From: Trichoplax adhaerens
Taxonomy: Eukaryota > Animalia > Placozoa
Assembly: GCF_000150275.1 (NCBI RefSeq)
Contig: NW_002060953.1
Span: 1,555,646 to 1,619,645 of the forward strand
DNA length: 64,000 bases
Direction: 5' to 3'
In this document: positions 1 to 12,187 of the stretch, in pieces
Layout of the letters: each line of letters begins with the position of its first letter
Position numbering within the stretch: position 1 is the first letter of the stretch
Translations under genes and position numbers: made by a program
The notes under the pieces: generated by a model
Seen by the model: the letters and a program-made list of their open reading frames with translations, nothing else
Told to the model about the DNA's origin: nothing
The model's database searches: none

Positions 1-3000
1 GAATGGAAAGTAAACCATAAGGGCCATAGTAGAAACAACAGTAATGATGACTTACTACTAATGCAATTATGTGACATTGTATCTTTAAATTAAAATCTTG
101 AATGAAACATCAAGGATCAACGTTAGTATTCAATTAAGGAAATCATAATACAGTTCAAGCCCTTATTCTGTTAGGACTAGATGATATTAGGTTAGTAATT
201 TATTTTATTTTATGTTGTCACTGTTGGTGATCTTGTACTAGTTTATCACCAATTTCTAGATATAGAATATATCTAATAATAGGTATTTGTAGATTCTGTG
301 AGTTGGAATACATGTATAATGCTTTTGCACTAGAACGATGACAGAGGAGCAGTAATTGCATAGGAACATCATTAATTAATAAAATTCAAGGGCATTAAAA
401 AATCAGTAGCTATTCGATTCTTAAATTTCGTTGCTAGCGATATAATTTTCAATAATTTAAGACAGCAGTTAGCCAGTTTATGATTTTTGCTCTAAATTAA
501 CATTAATCGAAACAAAGTAAGACTGACTTAAGACTTTAATTGTTAATTGAAAAGCTAATTGCCTCTATTAGATACAATAGAGAAGTCTATTCTAAGTATT
601 CTAGCATCCTTGATAGATAACTAAACTTTTATTTTTATAAACGTAAACCGTATAGTGATAAAGTATCTTCAAAATAGTAGAATATGAACAAGTGTTTCTC
701 GTAAAATTTATTTTTTGTAGCATAAAATGTGATTTGTCTAAAATCACAAGCTGGCTATCTTCAGTTTTACATGTTTCCACACACTTCAACGAAATCCATC
801 GTTGAAGTACAACTGGTTACACGCCTATTTTAGGTAACTCAATCATATCTCATTGATATAGTCGCAAAATCAAGAAAAAGTTCAATATCGATCGATCTAT
901 TGTGAATAACCTTTACTAATTAAGCCATCACGATGAATTCTTCATAATGTCAACTTAGTGCAATCGTCAAATATCTAATAGTCGCAAACTATATTTATGG
1001 CTGCAAAAGTCAACTATCCGTATCGTAATTATATCACCTTAGAACAGATATTAGTACAATCGTACGATCGAACGTCCAATTTCAATTACTTTCCTGCAAT
1101 TTTATAGTCTTTTAATCGCAAGCTAATTGAGGACCGTATCGTACACTCCAAAAAATCAAGTTAATTCCAGCGTAAATGGGCTTAGTCAGAATTATGAAAA
1201 CTGCGATCAATCTCAAGTTGCCAATGTATCTGTTATAGTCATTCATATTTCATGCGATTCTTATGCGATCCATTAAGTCCAGCAATAAATCGCATATTAT
1301 TTTCAAGTATGGAAGTCTAGAACGTAAGAAACGCTCGAAATCATAGCGGCAATGATTTAAAAGGTTTGTCTTAGTCCGATGAATTATAGTATATAAGTTT
1401 ACAACACACCTTCAGTACGGAAGCCTTAAGTGATGATTTAATTAAGACGCTAGACAGATGGATTGTATAGATAATAATAATTTTATGCTGGTCTATTGCA
1501 GTCGAATTTTAAAATGTATGTCATGACCAAGTATTAGTCTTTTACTGTAACTATAGGTTCGCGACCTCCAACTCTTAATGTGAGTTGTTTAAGTTGAACA
1601 AATCCTTTTGATACGCAATAAACCGTCACAACCGAGAGAGCAGTTTTAAAACCTCATTTACTATTCCGTTGTGACAGTGCTATATACTGTATTAGAGTAA
1701 AAATATCTATGTTAGGATAATTCTGCTAGACTATCCTTATTTGGTTAACTTCTAATTTGGATATACTGTGTGTTAATATAGCACTGACTTTTTATGACAG
1801 TGACACTTATACACATACTGAAATTAATAGTTATAATAGGGAATGCAAATCATCTGCTTACAGTTCGAATCATTGTGATTGTAATTTACTTATGGTAGAT
1901 TGTAAATTATCATGGAAATGTTCCGAGATAGGACATATCGTAATCTGGCTATTCCGTATTAGTCATTACATGTCTATGTTCATAAATCCTGTTGTCTGCA
2001 TTAAGGGAGCAGTAGCTAAAATTAATATCTAGTTCAGTAAATGATTCCAATGTTAATTGTATTAACTACGACTCTTGAACTGTTGAGGAATAGTATATAA
2101 ATGCAGTATATCGTGTAATAAAGTGGATTCTGAAACTTAGTGTTTAACGTAAAATACGAGGCGTCTAAGTCTTTGTGTAGTCTGCTAGTAGAGCAAAAGT
2201 GTTTGTGATAGAGCAGATATCGTTCCTTGATACGTGGTTCAAGGAATTGACTTATTGATCGCACATTACGTTATCTTGTTCCAAAGCTGTTTCGTGACAT
2301 CCGTCTATTCGTGAGAGTGAATTCAATGTTCACCTCTCATATAATCGGTCGAAAACGGTCAAGATGAAACCTTGATACGATAGAATGATAAATTTAGATT
2401 CATTCGCAGTTTTTGGTAATGAACAAGCAGATATAACTTTTATAGCCTTACCATTAAATTAACGATATTTTCCTGATTCGAAATGTAGTACTATAATTGA
2501 AGTCGATTTTATGGAGCATAGTCAAATACACAGAACCAAATTGAGATAGGGGAAAATGTCACCAATAATTGCTTTTGCAACGACAATCAGTATAACTTTA
2601 CAACTGCTCTGAATAAAACAACAATGCATGCTTTCTTTTCGAGAGTTTCTTAAATCTTAAGAATAAATTATTTGTTTTACAAAATAGGGTTATAGATATA
2701 TTGGCTTGGTGAGTAGTCCATGTAAATACTCTTACTTTGCTAGTCAAACTTGACAGAGGTATTAAATGAAGAATTACCGTTAAATACTCCCTGTTACGAA
2801 CGATAATAGAACGCTAACTATAATGAAATTAGATTCCTTAATTGCTGCTATATCTATGCGAACGATTATAGGAAATGAGTATTTTACTGAAAAATTTGAA
2901 GCATGTTTGGCAGTAATGTAGATTCGTAAGCATTAGAAGATCATATTGTAGAATTACTCTCGATATATTCAATGATATGAACGTGTATAATTAATGATGG

Positions 3001-5074
3001 TAAGATAGTTTGATCTTGATATATATTGCATCTAGAAGAATGGTATTAATAATGCCTCAACAAAGGTACTTCAAGCCGTGAGCGAGTTTCATTCCATGTT
3101 ATTTTCTATTCATTTAATAAACAAAATGAGACCAAAGCAACTCCAATTTATTTCATTATCTTATGTAATAATTTTAACTTTCGATAATGAAATTGAAGAT
3201 TCTACTCGTAAATTAGCCACGTTAAAATAGAAATTATTCAAACCCTTGCATCTAAATTCAATATCTGGCCGTAGTAGCCCCATAAATGATTCTAAATTTT
3301 GATGATTTCAGTTTGGTTTTAAATTTAATATTAGTCATTTTATAGGTTCAACGGATTAAATTTTAATCAGTATATGCCCTGTGGCATAAATCAATTCTTT
3401 ATTGATCAAAGCTTACGATTTGACTTATGACTGCAGTATATAGCTCCATATCCCAAATTTGCTCTTTATGCGTTATTTTAAACTTTTATAAATTTCTTGT
3501 TTGTAAAACATATCTAATAAAAAGCTGAAATAGCTTTTCACAATAGCGTATCAAGTCAAAGCTCCGAAGAACTGCAGGGCAAATAGCCGTACATGTAATT
3601 TGTTTCTTGATGTAAACTTGATATAATAACAATTTATTGAAATGATTTTGGTTTACACGTAGACTGTATAACCGTATCTTTGCATGTGCACGGCAATTAA
3701 TGTTCAAGCCAGAAGATTGAATAGCAATAGAAATTATAATGATTAAGATTACATTTAATCACGAATAAAATCAGAAATGTGTACGCGATCACACTGTACT
3801 GGCGAAAGTTTTGAACTTTCTGTATTGGAAAATTGACTTAAAGCTCAAGTAACAATTCTTTTCAAGACAATATAAACTTTATTACTTTGAAAAGGTGTAC
3901 TTATTAAATAAAGGATGGTAAGATATCAAATGAGAAGATAAAATTGTTATTGAAACAGTCATATTTGTAATAATAACATATACTGAATGTTTTTACATGC
4001 GAATACGCCGATATCGCATAAAATGAATAATAGGGCAACAACCCTTTAAGTTGTAAAGGATGATTAATTTAGTAATCAAAAATTTTAATTGCAATAAAAT
4101 TAAAAGGAGAGTGATTTCAAAAATAATAGAGAGAAAAGTTGAAATAACAATCATTGACATATATAATACGGGGTTGTTATTAACTTGTTAGGGTTGGAAT
4201 GATTAATATTCTAAAAATAGCTGACAATATAACCTACTCATACTTTGCAAGCATTATCATTGCCTCATGAGAATTATGTAAAAGTATAAGTATAATTTAT
4301 CTCATAGCTCCATGAGAAATAGGTAATAACTATATTAACTTTATATCAATATATTAATACAAGACAAGGTGTCATAGTTTAAAATTGTGACTAATTGGAC
4401 CAAGATTGAACAACTTGTGACTATTTCCATAGAAAGCCAGCGCAAATAGCAAGTTGATCATAATATTGGATGTAGGAGATATTATCAATTTATAAAAGAG
4501 AATATTTTAAGGATATACAATAAGACATTAGACAATATCAAGACCGTTAATTATTTCGTCTTACGATGACTGCTAGGGCAAGCATAAAAGATGTGAATCG
4601 CAAAATAGTCTAATTGAGTTGTTTTCGATAAGAGAACATTCCTTAATTGATACCGTATGATTAATAAATTAACTTATAAATTGAATTGAGAATAGCTACC
4701 AGTCAACATGTTCCGACTTTGTAAGAATATTAACTATAGCAATTAAAATCTTTTAGTCCTTATCATAAGAGTTCGATAGTGTTTTGATGACACGTTTTGC
4801 TAGAGATATTATTGTTTACATAAATATTATTTTAAAAGGTCAATGTCGAACAAAAATGTCATTGTATTATATAAGAAGTAAAACTTGACAAATTTCTGGC
4901 TCATAAAATGATCCTACATGTCTTTCATTCATGAAAAAGGTTTAAATCGAGCGCGTAAATTAAAGAGGGATTCGATCCTCGTCTATCGAATGGCAATGCA
5001 ATTCTGATGTTGAAATAACCTTCAGAATCTTGATCAAATTGTTTAGCCAGAGTTTTTGTTCAAATTATTTATTA

Positions 5075-7834
5075 TCATTTGCGAGGATGAACTTGATTGC
5101 TGGTCTTTCTTTGATCTTGAGGGTTGTTGTCTGGTTGAACAGAATCAGCGCTGGCATCGGCAAGTACTTCCACAGGTTTTGTCTTCAAAGAATTTTTAAA
5201 ATTATAACTAGTAATTTCCGCCATTGCTATTTGCCGATTATTTAATTCAGGGCGGTAATAGATAACATATATTTTAGGAAGAAACAAACATAGCATTGGT
5301 GAAATACCAAAAAAAAGAGTGGTTAAAGCTGTGATACTATCTGCAATTTCACCGAATAGAATCACGGTCGTTGGAATAGTACATATTTCGACAACAACGA
5401 TCAAGATGGACGATAAATAAATATATCTAGATTCATTAAAATTTTCAGGTAACAATCGTGCTCTAAATGCTAGAACCAAACAAGCTGAGCCAATCAAACA
5501 TAGCCATACAATTAAGTTTAGACTACTATATCTATTGGGAATCTGACATATAAATATCAGCTGCTTATTTGTTACTTCATGATGAATAGTAATCGGGAAG
5601 GCAAAAACTAAACATAATAAAATCGCATTAGCGATGAATAGCACCGTGAAAATAAGTAATACTTGACTGGTATTACGAGTAAAATGAATAATCTTGGTTT
5701 TTCTTCCAATAACATTCTTAAATATTAAGGATACTTGATTTGTCTTACAAAATATGGTGATAAATATACCAACTTGGCTAGTAGTAGAAGAGAACATTCT
5801 TGCTAGACAAATTGGAATAGATGGAGGCAGTATGTACAAGAAAGCTGTTGGAATGCACGCTATGATAAACAACAATAGTATATTGATTAAGATGAAATTG
5901 GATCCTTTAACTACAGGGAAATTTCTATGGCGAATCATGACTATCCAAATGCCCATTACTACAAACAAATTAGCCGAAGCTAATATAATAAATGTAATAG
6001 CTAAAGGTCTATCAAATTTCGATTGAATTAATACAGGATCAGCACATTTTGTATTATTATCATTGGGTAGGGTTACATCGGGACATAATTGGCAATGGGG
6101 ACTATTGCTCTCATTTGAGATCATATTTTGGGGACATTTTCGACATTTCCAACAGCATGGTCGTAATGATAGTGAAATATTAGGATCTTGATATAAATAA
6201 TAGCCAGGAGGGCAATCGCTGGAACATTTCGACAAAGGACTGTTAAACCATGATCGATTTCCATTCCATATAATGTTCCTTTTATTGATCATTAGACCTT
6301 GCGTTTTATTCCAGTACCCTACTTCGACAATTTTGACCTTTGCCTGTGAATTAGAAGTTGTTCTTTGTAAATTGATAACATCAAAGTAAGATTCTACCGC
6401 ACCATCAGATCGGAAGGTAATATCTGGACTTGTTACCCCGGTAAATCGTATATTTCTTAAAACTTTGTTAAATTGTTGACGATTGAAACTAGTATTATAT
6501 CCAGATGGACAGTGAGTTGTATTACAACCAAGAGCCTTATGCAATGCTTGAGCATATGCCAAAGTTGCGTCAATAACATATCCAGCGACAAAATCTGCTT
6601 TAAAAAACGAATTTAAAACTTCTTGTTTTATAACCCTATCTACTGTACAATTTTCTAAAATTGAATCGAAATCCAATCCTAAATGATTTAATTTTTCGCG
6701 ACACAGTTCTATAAACCACGGGTTTTCAAGGTTGTTGCAGAAATCAAGTTGGTTAAGATAGTTTTTAAAGCCATGTAATGCTTCATTGCTAAATGTTATG
6801 CCTATCGCTCCTCCAATAATCTCGGCTCGAATAGTGTGGATACGAGGCGAACTTAACCAATTATAGGTACCCACAAAGGTAATACCGACCACATTTTGAG
6901 CTTCTGCTTGCTTAAGCAGATCATAAATGATTGATTCTTGTCCAAATAAAACAGCAACACGTGAATTGGATTGGCTCTTCCATTTTGTAACAATGTCAAT
7001 CAGATCAGATGTCGTATAATTGTCATAAATTCTAGAAACAGTATGGTAACATATACCGTGAGTTTGGGCCAAAGTAGATATCATTTGATAGGAATTTTCT
7101 ACCTCTGCAGTACCAGCAATGACTATGGATATCCAGTTCCATTGGAAAACTTTAACGATATCAAAAATAATTTGCCTATGAATCGTGGAGGATGCCGAGG
7201 TTCGGTAGAAATAAGGAAAATGTTTACGATCGCTTAATAGGGAAGATATGGAAAAGTAACTAATTTGAGAATAGCCAAGACTACTCGTAAGCGAAGCTAA
7301 AGAAGTGGTGATAAAATCCGATCTCTCTCCTACAACTCCCACCACATGTCCTGGAGAATTCTCTTCAATACTTGTACCACTTGCAGATAATGTACGACAT
7401 AAAATTTTAGAAGAATTTAAATTACGTCCATTTTGACAGTGAGCTAAATAGGACTGCCTTTGTTTATCTTGTATTAAATGAGAGGCCAATTTTGTGATGG
7501 CTACTTCTCGTGACGAACAGGAGTCGATCAAGGTCCAGCCAAGATTGATACCTGGCAGCAATTTGGTATTATTATTGATTATATTATTAAGAGCATAGAT
7601 CATAGCTTGTGTAAGTTGTATATCTCCGGTACTTAATTGGCTGCATCGGCGAGAAGTAGCATTAAAATGCAGAGAGTTGGAAAAAATACCTATTAAGCGA
7701 AAGTCGCCAGAATTGACATGTTCTATTTGTGATTGAATTTCAGGAATATCGGCAAATAATTGCTGAAAAATTAAAAGCCATCGAAATATTGAATAAGCAC
7801 CAAAAGGCAAATAACGAAGGCTCCGAATTGACAT
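5075..7834 (-). CDS. Class C GPCR (mGluR/CaSR/V2R-like orphan), single exon, 919 aa; paralog 1
   Basis: Uninterrupted ORF with hydrophobic N-terminus; VFT motifs QAMIYA/LLPGINLGWTLIDSC, QISY, FPYFYRT, FQWNWI, NPWF, VIDA; CRD CSSDCPPG..CCWKCRKC; 7TM with PVVKGSN, CKTNQ, LPENFNESR, PKIYVIYYRPELN. Confidence 0.93.
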   Translation of the reverse strand: MSIRSLRYLPFGAYSIFRWLLIFQQLFADIPEIQSQIEHVNSGDFRLIGIFSNSLHFNATSRRCSQLSTGDIQLTQAMIYALNNIINNNTKLLPGINLGWTLIDSCSSREVAITKLASHLIQDKQRQSYLAHCQNGRNLNSSKILCRTLSASGTSIEENSPGHVVGVVGERSDFITTSLASLTSSLGYSQISYFSISSLLSDRKHFPYFYRTSASSTIHRQIIFDIVKVFQWNWISIVIAGTAEVENSYQMISTLAQTHGICYHTVSRIYDNYTTSDLIDIVTKWKSQSNSRVAVLFGQESIIYDLLKQAEAQNVVGITFVGTYNWLSSPRIHTIRAEIIGGAIGITFSNEALHGFKNYLNQLDFCNNLENPWFIELCREKLNHLGLDFDSILENCTVDRVIKQEVLNSFFKADFVAGYVIDATLAYAQALHKALGCNTTHCPSGYNTSFNRQQFNKVLRNIRFTGVTSPDITFRSDGAVESYFDVINLQRTTSNSQAKVKIVEVGYWNKTQGLMINKRNIIWNGNRSWFNSPLSKCSSDCPPGYYLYQDPNISLSLRPCCWKCRKCPQNMISNESNSPHCQLCPDVTLPNDNNTKCADPVLIQSKFDRPLAITFIILASANLFVVMGIWIVMIRHRNFPVVKGSNFILINILLLFIIACIPTAFLYILPPSIPICLARMFSSTTSQVGIFITIFCKTNQVSLIFKNVIGRKTKIIHFTRNTSQVLLIFTVLFIANAILLCLVFAFPITIHHEVTNKQLIFICQIPNRYSSLNLIVWLCLIGSACLVLAFRARLLPENFNESRYIYLSSILIVVVEICTIPTTVILFGEIADSITALTTLFFGISPMLCLFLPKIYVIYYRPELNNRQIAMAEITSYNFKNSLKTKPVEVLADASADSVQPDNNPQDQRKTSNQVHPRK

Positions 7835-10800
7835 TTTAAACTGAAATATGGAAATTAATAGCAGTTTACGGAAAAAATGTTATGATTTCTTCGATCCTCG
7901 AAGCGAATCTAATTGTTCTGTTATCGTCCAATGAAGAATAATTTATCGGATATATTACTAGACTATTTTCCTGTAAAATTCTTTTGCCTCAATCGTAACG
8001 TTAATCAAATTAATTGTAATGGTAGTTGTTTAGAAATAATTTTATACAGATAATTGCAATGGTTACAATGATAACTGTTTAAAGAAAGAATAGTGCTTAT
8101 TGTTCTATAAGTAAGAAAGATAACCTTTCTGGAAAATACCTTTTCATACTAAAGATCCGGCTGATCACAATATAGTATTCAAATCTATTTGAATGTTGAA
8201 AACAGATTATAATATTGGTTTGGACATCTTGCAATTTTATGAGCAAGTAATACAATTTTTGCTGTTACTTCTTGTTAGTTTCGTTTCGGAGATCATGTAC
8301 TGGCTTAAAAGTAATCCAATTATGCTTTAACAGATATTTTAATTTCAGCACATGGTATACGGGACGGATAATTAAGCGTTATTGACTTAACTGATATTTT
8401 CACAATAAATGATAATTGTAATTTATCATATAAAAAGAGATTTTTAAGATTTTCAGACTGAATTACCGGTAGACCTTCTACTATTGAAATTTATGCTTGC
8501 TCTGTATAGAAACTGAATTACATCTCTACAGAATTGTTTATTTCCTATTATTTGATATCGTATTGCAATGACTTGAGAAAAGAATGAAAAATCAAAATAC
8601 TAAATGTTGTCGACTGAATTACCTTAGTTAGGAAGTTCGTTTTTAACTATAGTCGGGTTAACTTAAATAGAAATATTATGTTGGTAATAACTTATACTTT
8701 TCTACTTTAATGCAACAATTAACTATGAATGCTACTGTTTGACATTATTGTAGAGCGTAAAGAAATCTTAAACAATCTTTACTAAAACATTCGCGAACAG
8801 ATTCAATACTGTTGATAGAGCAGCAAAACTGAACAAATCTGTAACAAAATGGAAGTTCATTTTACAAAGAATTTGAAAATTATCTCAAGTTATAGCTAAG
8901 TGTGTGAAGTGATTGAATTACTAATCATAGTGATTCAAGTTGACAAAAGAAATTGGAATACTAAATTGTAGCTTCAGCGGACAATCTTTCAAGCGGAAAA
9001 AAAGTTCTACTTAAATTGACAGCGTGGGAAAAAAATCTTCAACATGCAATACCAGAAAATAAGGCGTTTGTAAAGTTGGAGTCGATGTGAATTTTAACTC
9101 TTTTTTTATTTCTTTTCATTCTTACTTAATCCTTTCAAGTAATAAATGATATTATAAACAGTTACGGAGAGTGTATAAAGANNNNNNNNNNNNNNNNNNN
9201 NNNNNNNNNNNNNNNNNNNNNNNNNNNNNNNNNNNNNNNNNNNNNNNNNNNNNNNNNNNNNNNNNNNNNNNNNNNNNNNNNNNNNNNNNNNNNNNNNNNN
9301 NNNNNNNNNNNNNNNNNNNNNNNNNNNNNNNNNNNNNNNNNNNNNNNNNNNNNNNNNNNNNNNNNNNNNNNNNNNNNNNNNNNNNNNNNNNNNNNNNNNN
9401 NNNNNNNNNNNNNNNNNNNNNNNNNNNNNNNNNNNNNNNNNNNNNNNNNNNNNNNNNNNNNNNNNNNNNNNNNNNNNNNNNNNNNNNNNNNNNNNNNNNN
9501 NNNNNNNNNNNNNNNNNNNNNNNNNNNNNNNNNNNNNNNNNNNNNNNNNNNNNNNNNNNNNNNNNNNNNNNNNNNNNNNNNNNNNNNNNNNNNNNNNNNN
9601 NNNNNNNNNNNNNNNNNNNNNNNNNNNNNNNNNNNNNNNNNNNNNNNNNNNNNNNNNNNNNNNNNNNNNNNNNNNNNNNNNNNNNNNNNNNNNNNNNNNN
9701 NNNNNNNNNNNNNNNNNNNNNNNNNNNNNNNNNNNNNNNNNNNNNNNNNNNNNNNNNNNNNNNNNNNNNNNNNNNNNNNNNNNNNNNNNNNNNNNNNNNN
9801 NNNNNNNNNNNNNNNNNNNNNNNNNNNNNNNNNNNNNNNNNNNNNNNNNNNNNNNNNNNNNNNNNNNNNNNNNNNNNNNNNNNNNNNNNNNNNNNNNNNN
9901 NNNNNNNNNNNNNNNNNNNNNNNNNNNNNNNNNNNNNNNNNNNNNNNNNNNNNNNNNNNNNNNNNNNNNNNNNNNNNNNNNNNNNNNNNNNNNNNNNNNN
10001 NNNNNNNNNNNNNNNNNNTTAAAACAAATTAATTACAGATCGATAAATTCTGTATAATTAGAGTTGGATGGAGTTACACTAGAACATAAATTGTAATACT
10101 TTAAACTGGTACTGTTATAAATCTGGTAAACGGGATATTTTCGACATTTAAAACAACATAATTGCGTTGATTGTGAAATATTTTAATCGTAATATAGATA
10201 ATATGCAAGACGACAATCGATAGATCATCTCACTATCGAAATATCGTTCTGTGGTCGCTTTCCATTCCAAATAATTTTGTCGCTATTAATAACTAGACCC
10301 TGTAATTTATACCAATAACCTATTTTAGCTCTTTTAAGGTTTGCATATTTACTGTAGTTTTCTTTCTGGAAATTAGCTATAACGAGGAGTGACTTGACTG
10401 AGCCTTCAGATGAGAAAGTTATATTTACATTTATAAATGTAGAAAATTGTAAGTTACTAAGAAAATCATTAAATTATTGATAATTGGAAACATGATCTTG
10501 CTGATATATACTGTTGGTCCTATTGCAACCTAGGAACTTATGCGATACTTAAACAAATAATAAAGCAGCTTTGATAGCGTGTCCAGAGAGAAAACCGATA
10601 CTATAGAGCGATTTAAAGTTCTTTCAAATTACTATTAATTAAACAGTTCCGCATGATTATATCAGAATTAAGTCGTAACTCATTTAATAGACAATATACC
10701 ATAATGATCGCACTAGAAATAAATAACAGTAATGATTTGTTAGGCAAATGACTGTAGGATATAGTACTTGAATCATTAAATTAGAATACTGAATTAAACA

Positions 10801-12187
10801 TCAAAAGTCAACCCTATAATCAATTCATTGGATTATTCACGTGATCATACCTGTATTCTGTTACATTGATATCATCTTCTATTTTTGAATTACTACTTTC
10901 AGTGATCTTGTGCATGTCACCAATTTCTAGATTTAAATTACATCAAATTGTTGTGGAAAAAATTCTCAGTAATAAGATATAATACTAGTACACAAAGTAA
11001 TTGAGAGTTGGTGAGCATGATTTGAATATGAAAGGAGGGTTTGGAAATGCCTGTCATCAGCTAATATCAAAATTACGTGGAGTTAATACGTAATTTGCTG
11101 TAATGTTAGGTAAATAAGTATTGGTGTACCCATATACAGAGCTTCTATACTTACAACATGACTACCCTTTCATAGATTTCTTAACTACTAGTAAATAAAC
11201 TAATTCTGAGTGAGCAATATCTTTAATTTCTTTATTATTATGGATTAAATATTTATGTTTTCAAGGTAGTGCTTTGACACGTTTAGTATTTGGATTTTAG
11301 GTACGAGTTTCAATCTGAGTAGTCATGTTACTCTTTTAGTTAATATTCCAATAATTATAAGTTATTCTACAAAACGATAATAAGATCAACTTAAATATAC
11401 AAATTTAAACGTTCGTCAGTGGGAAGACATATAGTAGTTTAGAGATATTTTTAAATAATTTTCAAACAAAATAAGTCCTTCAATAAGAAACAATTTTAGT
11501 TTTATTTGAGGCTAAAATTTTGCATACCTAAGCAGAAAAGGCGTAAGAGCTCGTATACACCGGTGACATCTTAAAAGCATTAATATCAGTAATTTTAAAT
11601 TATTATGCTAATTTATAATTTAAAATTAGTCAAGTAAGATGTTGTAATATAAATGCTAATTCTATATTAAAATATAGCAGAGGTAAATTTCAGGACTGTT
11701 ATAAATCAGAAGAAATTTGACATCCCTAGCTAATGAAATATCGTTCCTACATTCCAGGTTACGAGAAAAATTACGAATAAAGTGATAAATTAACACTTCG
11801 AAGTTATAGCTTGATTTTTGATATTTATAAGATAGAAATAAATTAATATTTTTTCATAATACATATTTCTTTATACATTTGTTGAACTAGTACGGTGTGA
11901 CATTTTGTAGTAGATAGTATCTGTTGCAGCAAAAATTCGTAGTAAGATAAAAAATACTTAACCCTGATAATTTTTTAAGTCAATCAAGTTGAGAGAATAG
12001 AATCTTCCAGCCAACAATGATTGGCTACTTTTAATTCTCATCTTTAGTTAAGTAAAACTTGTAAATAAACTTCTAAATAGTGTAATGCCAATTTTATACC
12101 AGCAAAATGCGAAAATTGAATTTATGCTTCAAGTTTGTGTAAAATTTAGAACATTAAACTTGATAGAAGAAGTTAGTAAAGTTGTTA

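Noticed and set aside
601-3707. Short ORFs 601-789, 1757-2032, 2034-2264, 3486-3707 and similar intergenic ORFs (26775-26996, 32888-33115, 35108-35410)
   Set aside because: No recognisable motifs, often non-ATG starts, and lengths expected by chance.
5030-7237. Short antisense or alternate-frame ORFs inside receptor genes (e.g. 5754-6026, 12495-12788, 22729-22962, 37297-37485, 44520-44708)
   Set aside because: Shadows of the hydrophobic GPCR coding sequence; their recurrence between paralogs follows from the sense-strand homology.
9171-10022. Long ORFs made of X residues (also 15696-16544, 15751-16518, 15761-16531, 41344-42015)
   Set aside because: Artefacts of N-filled assembly gaps.
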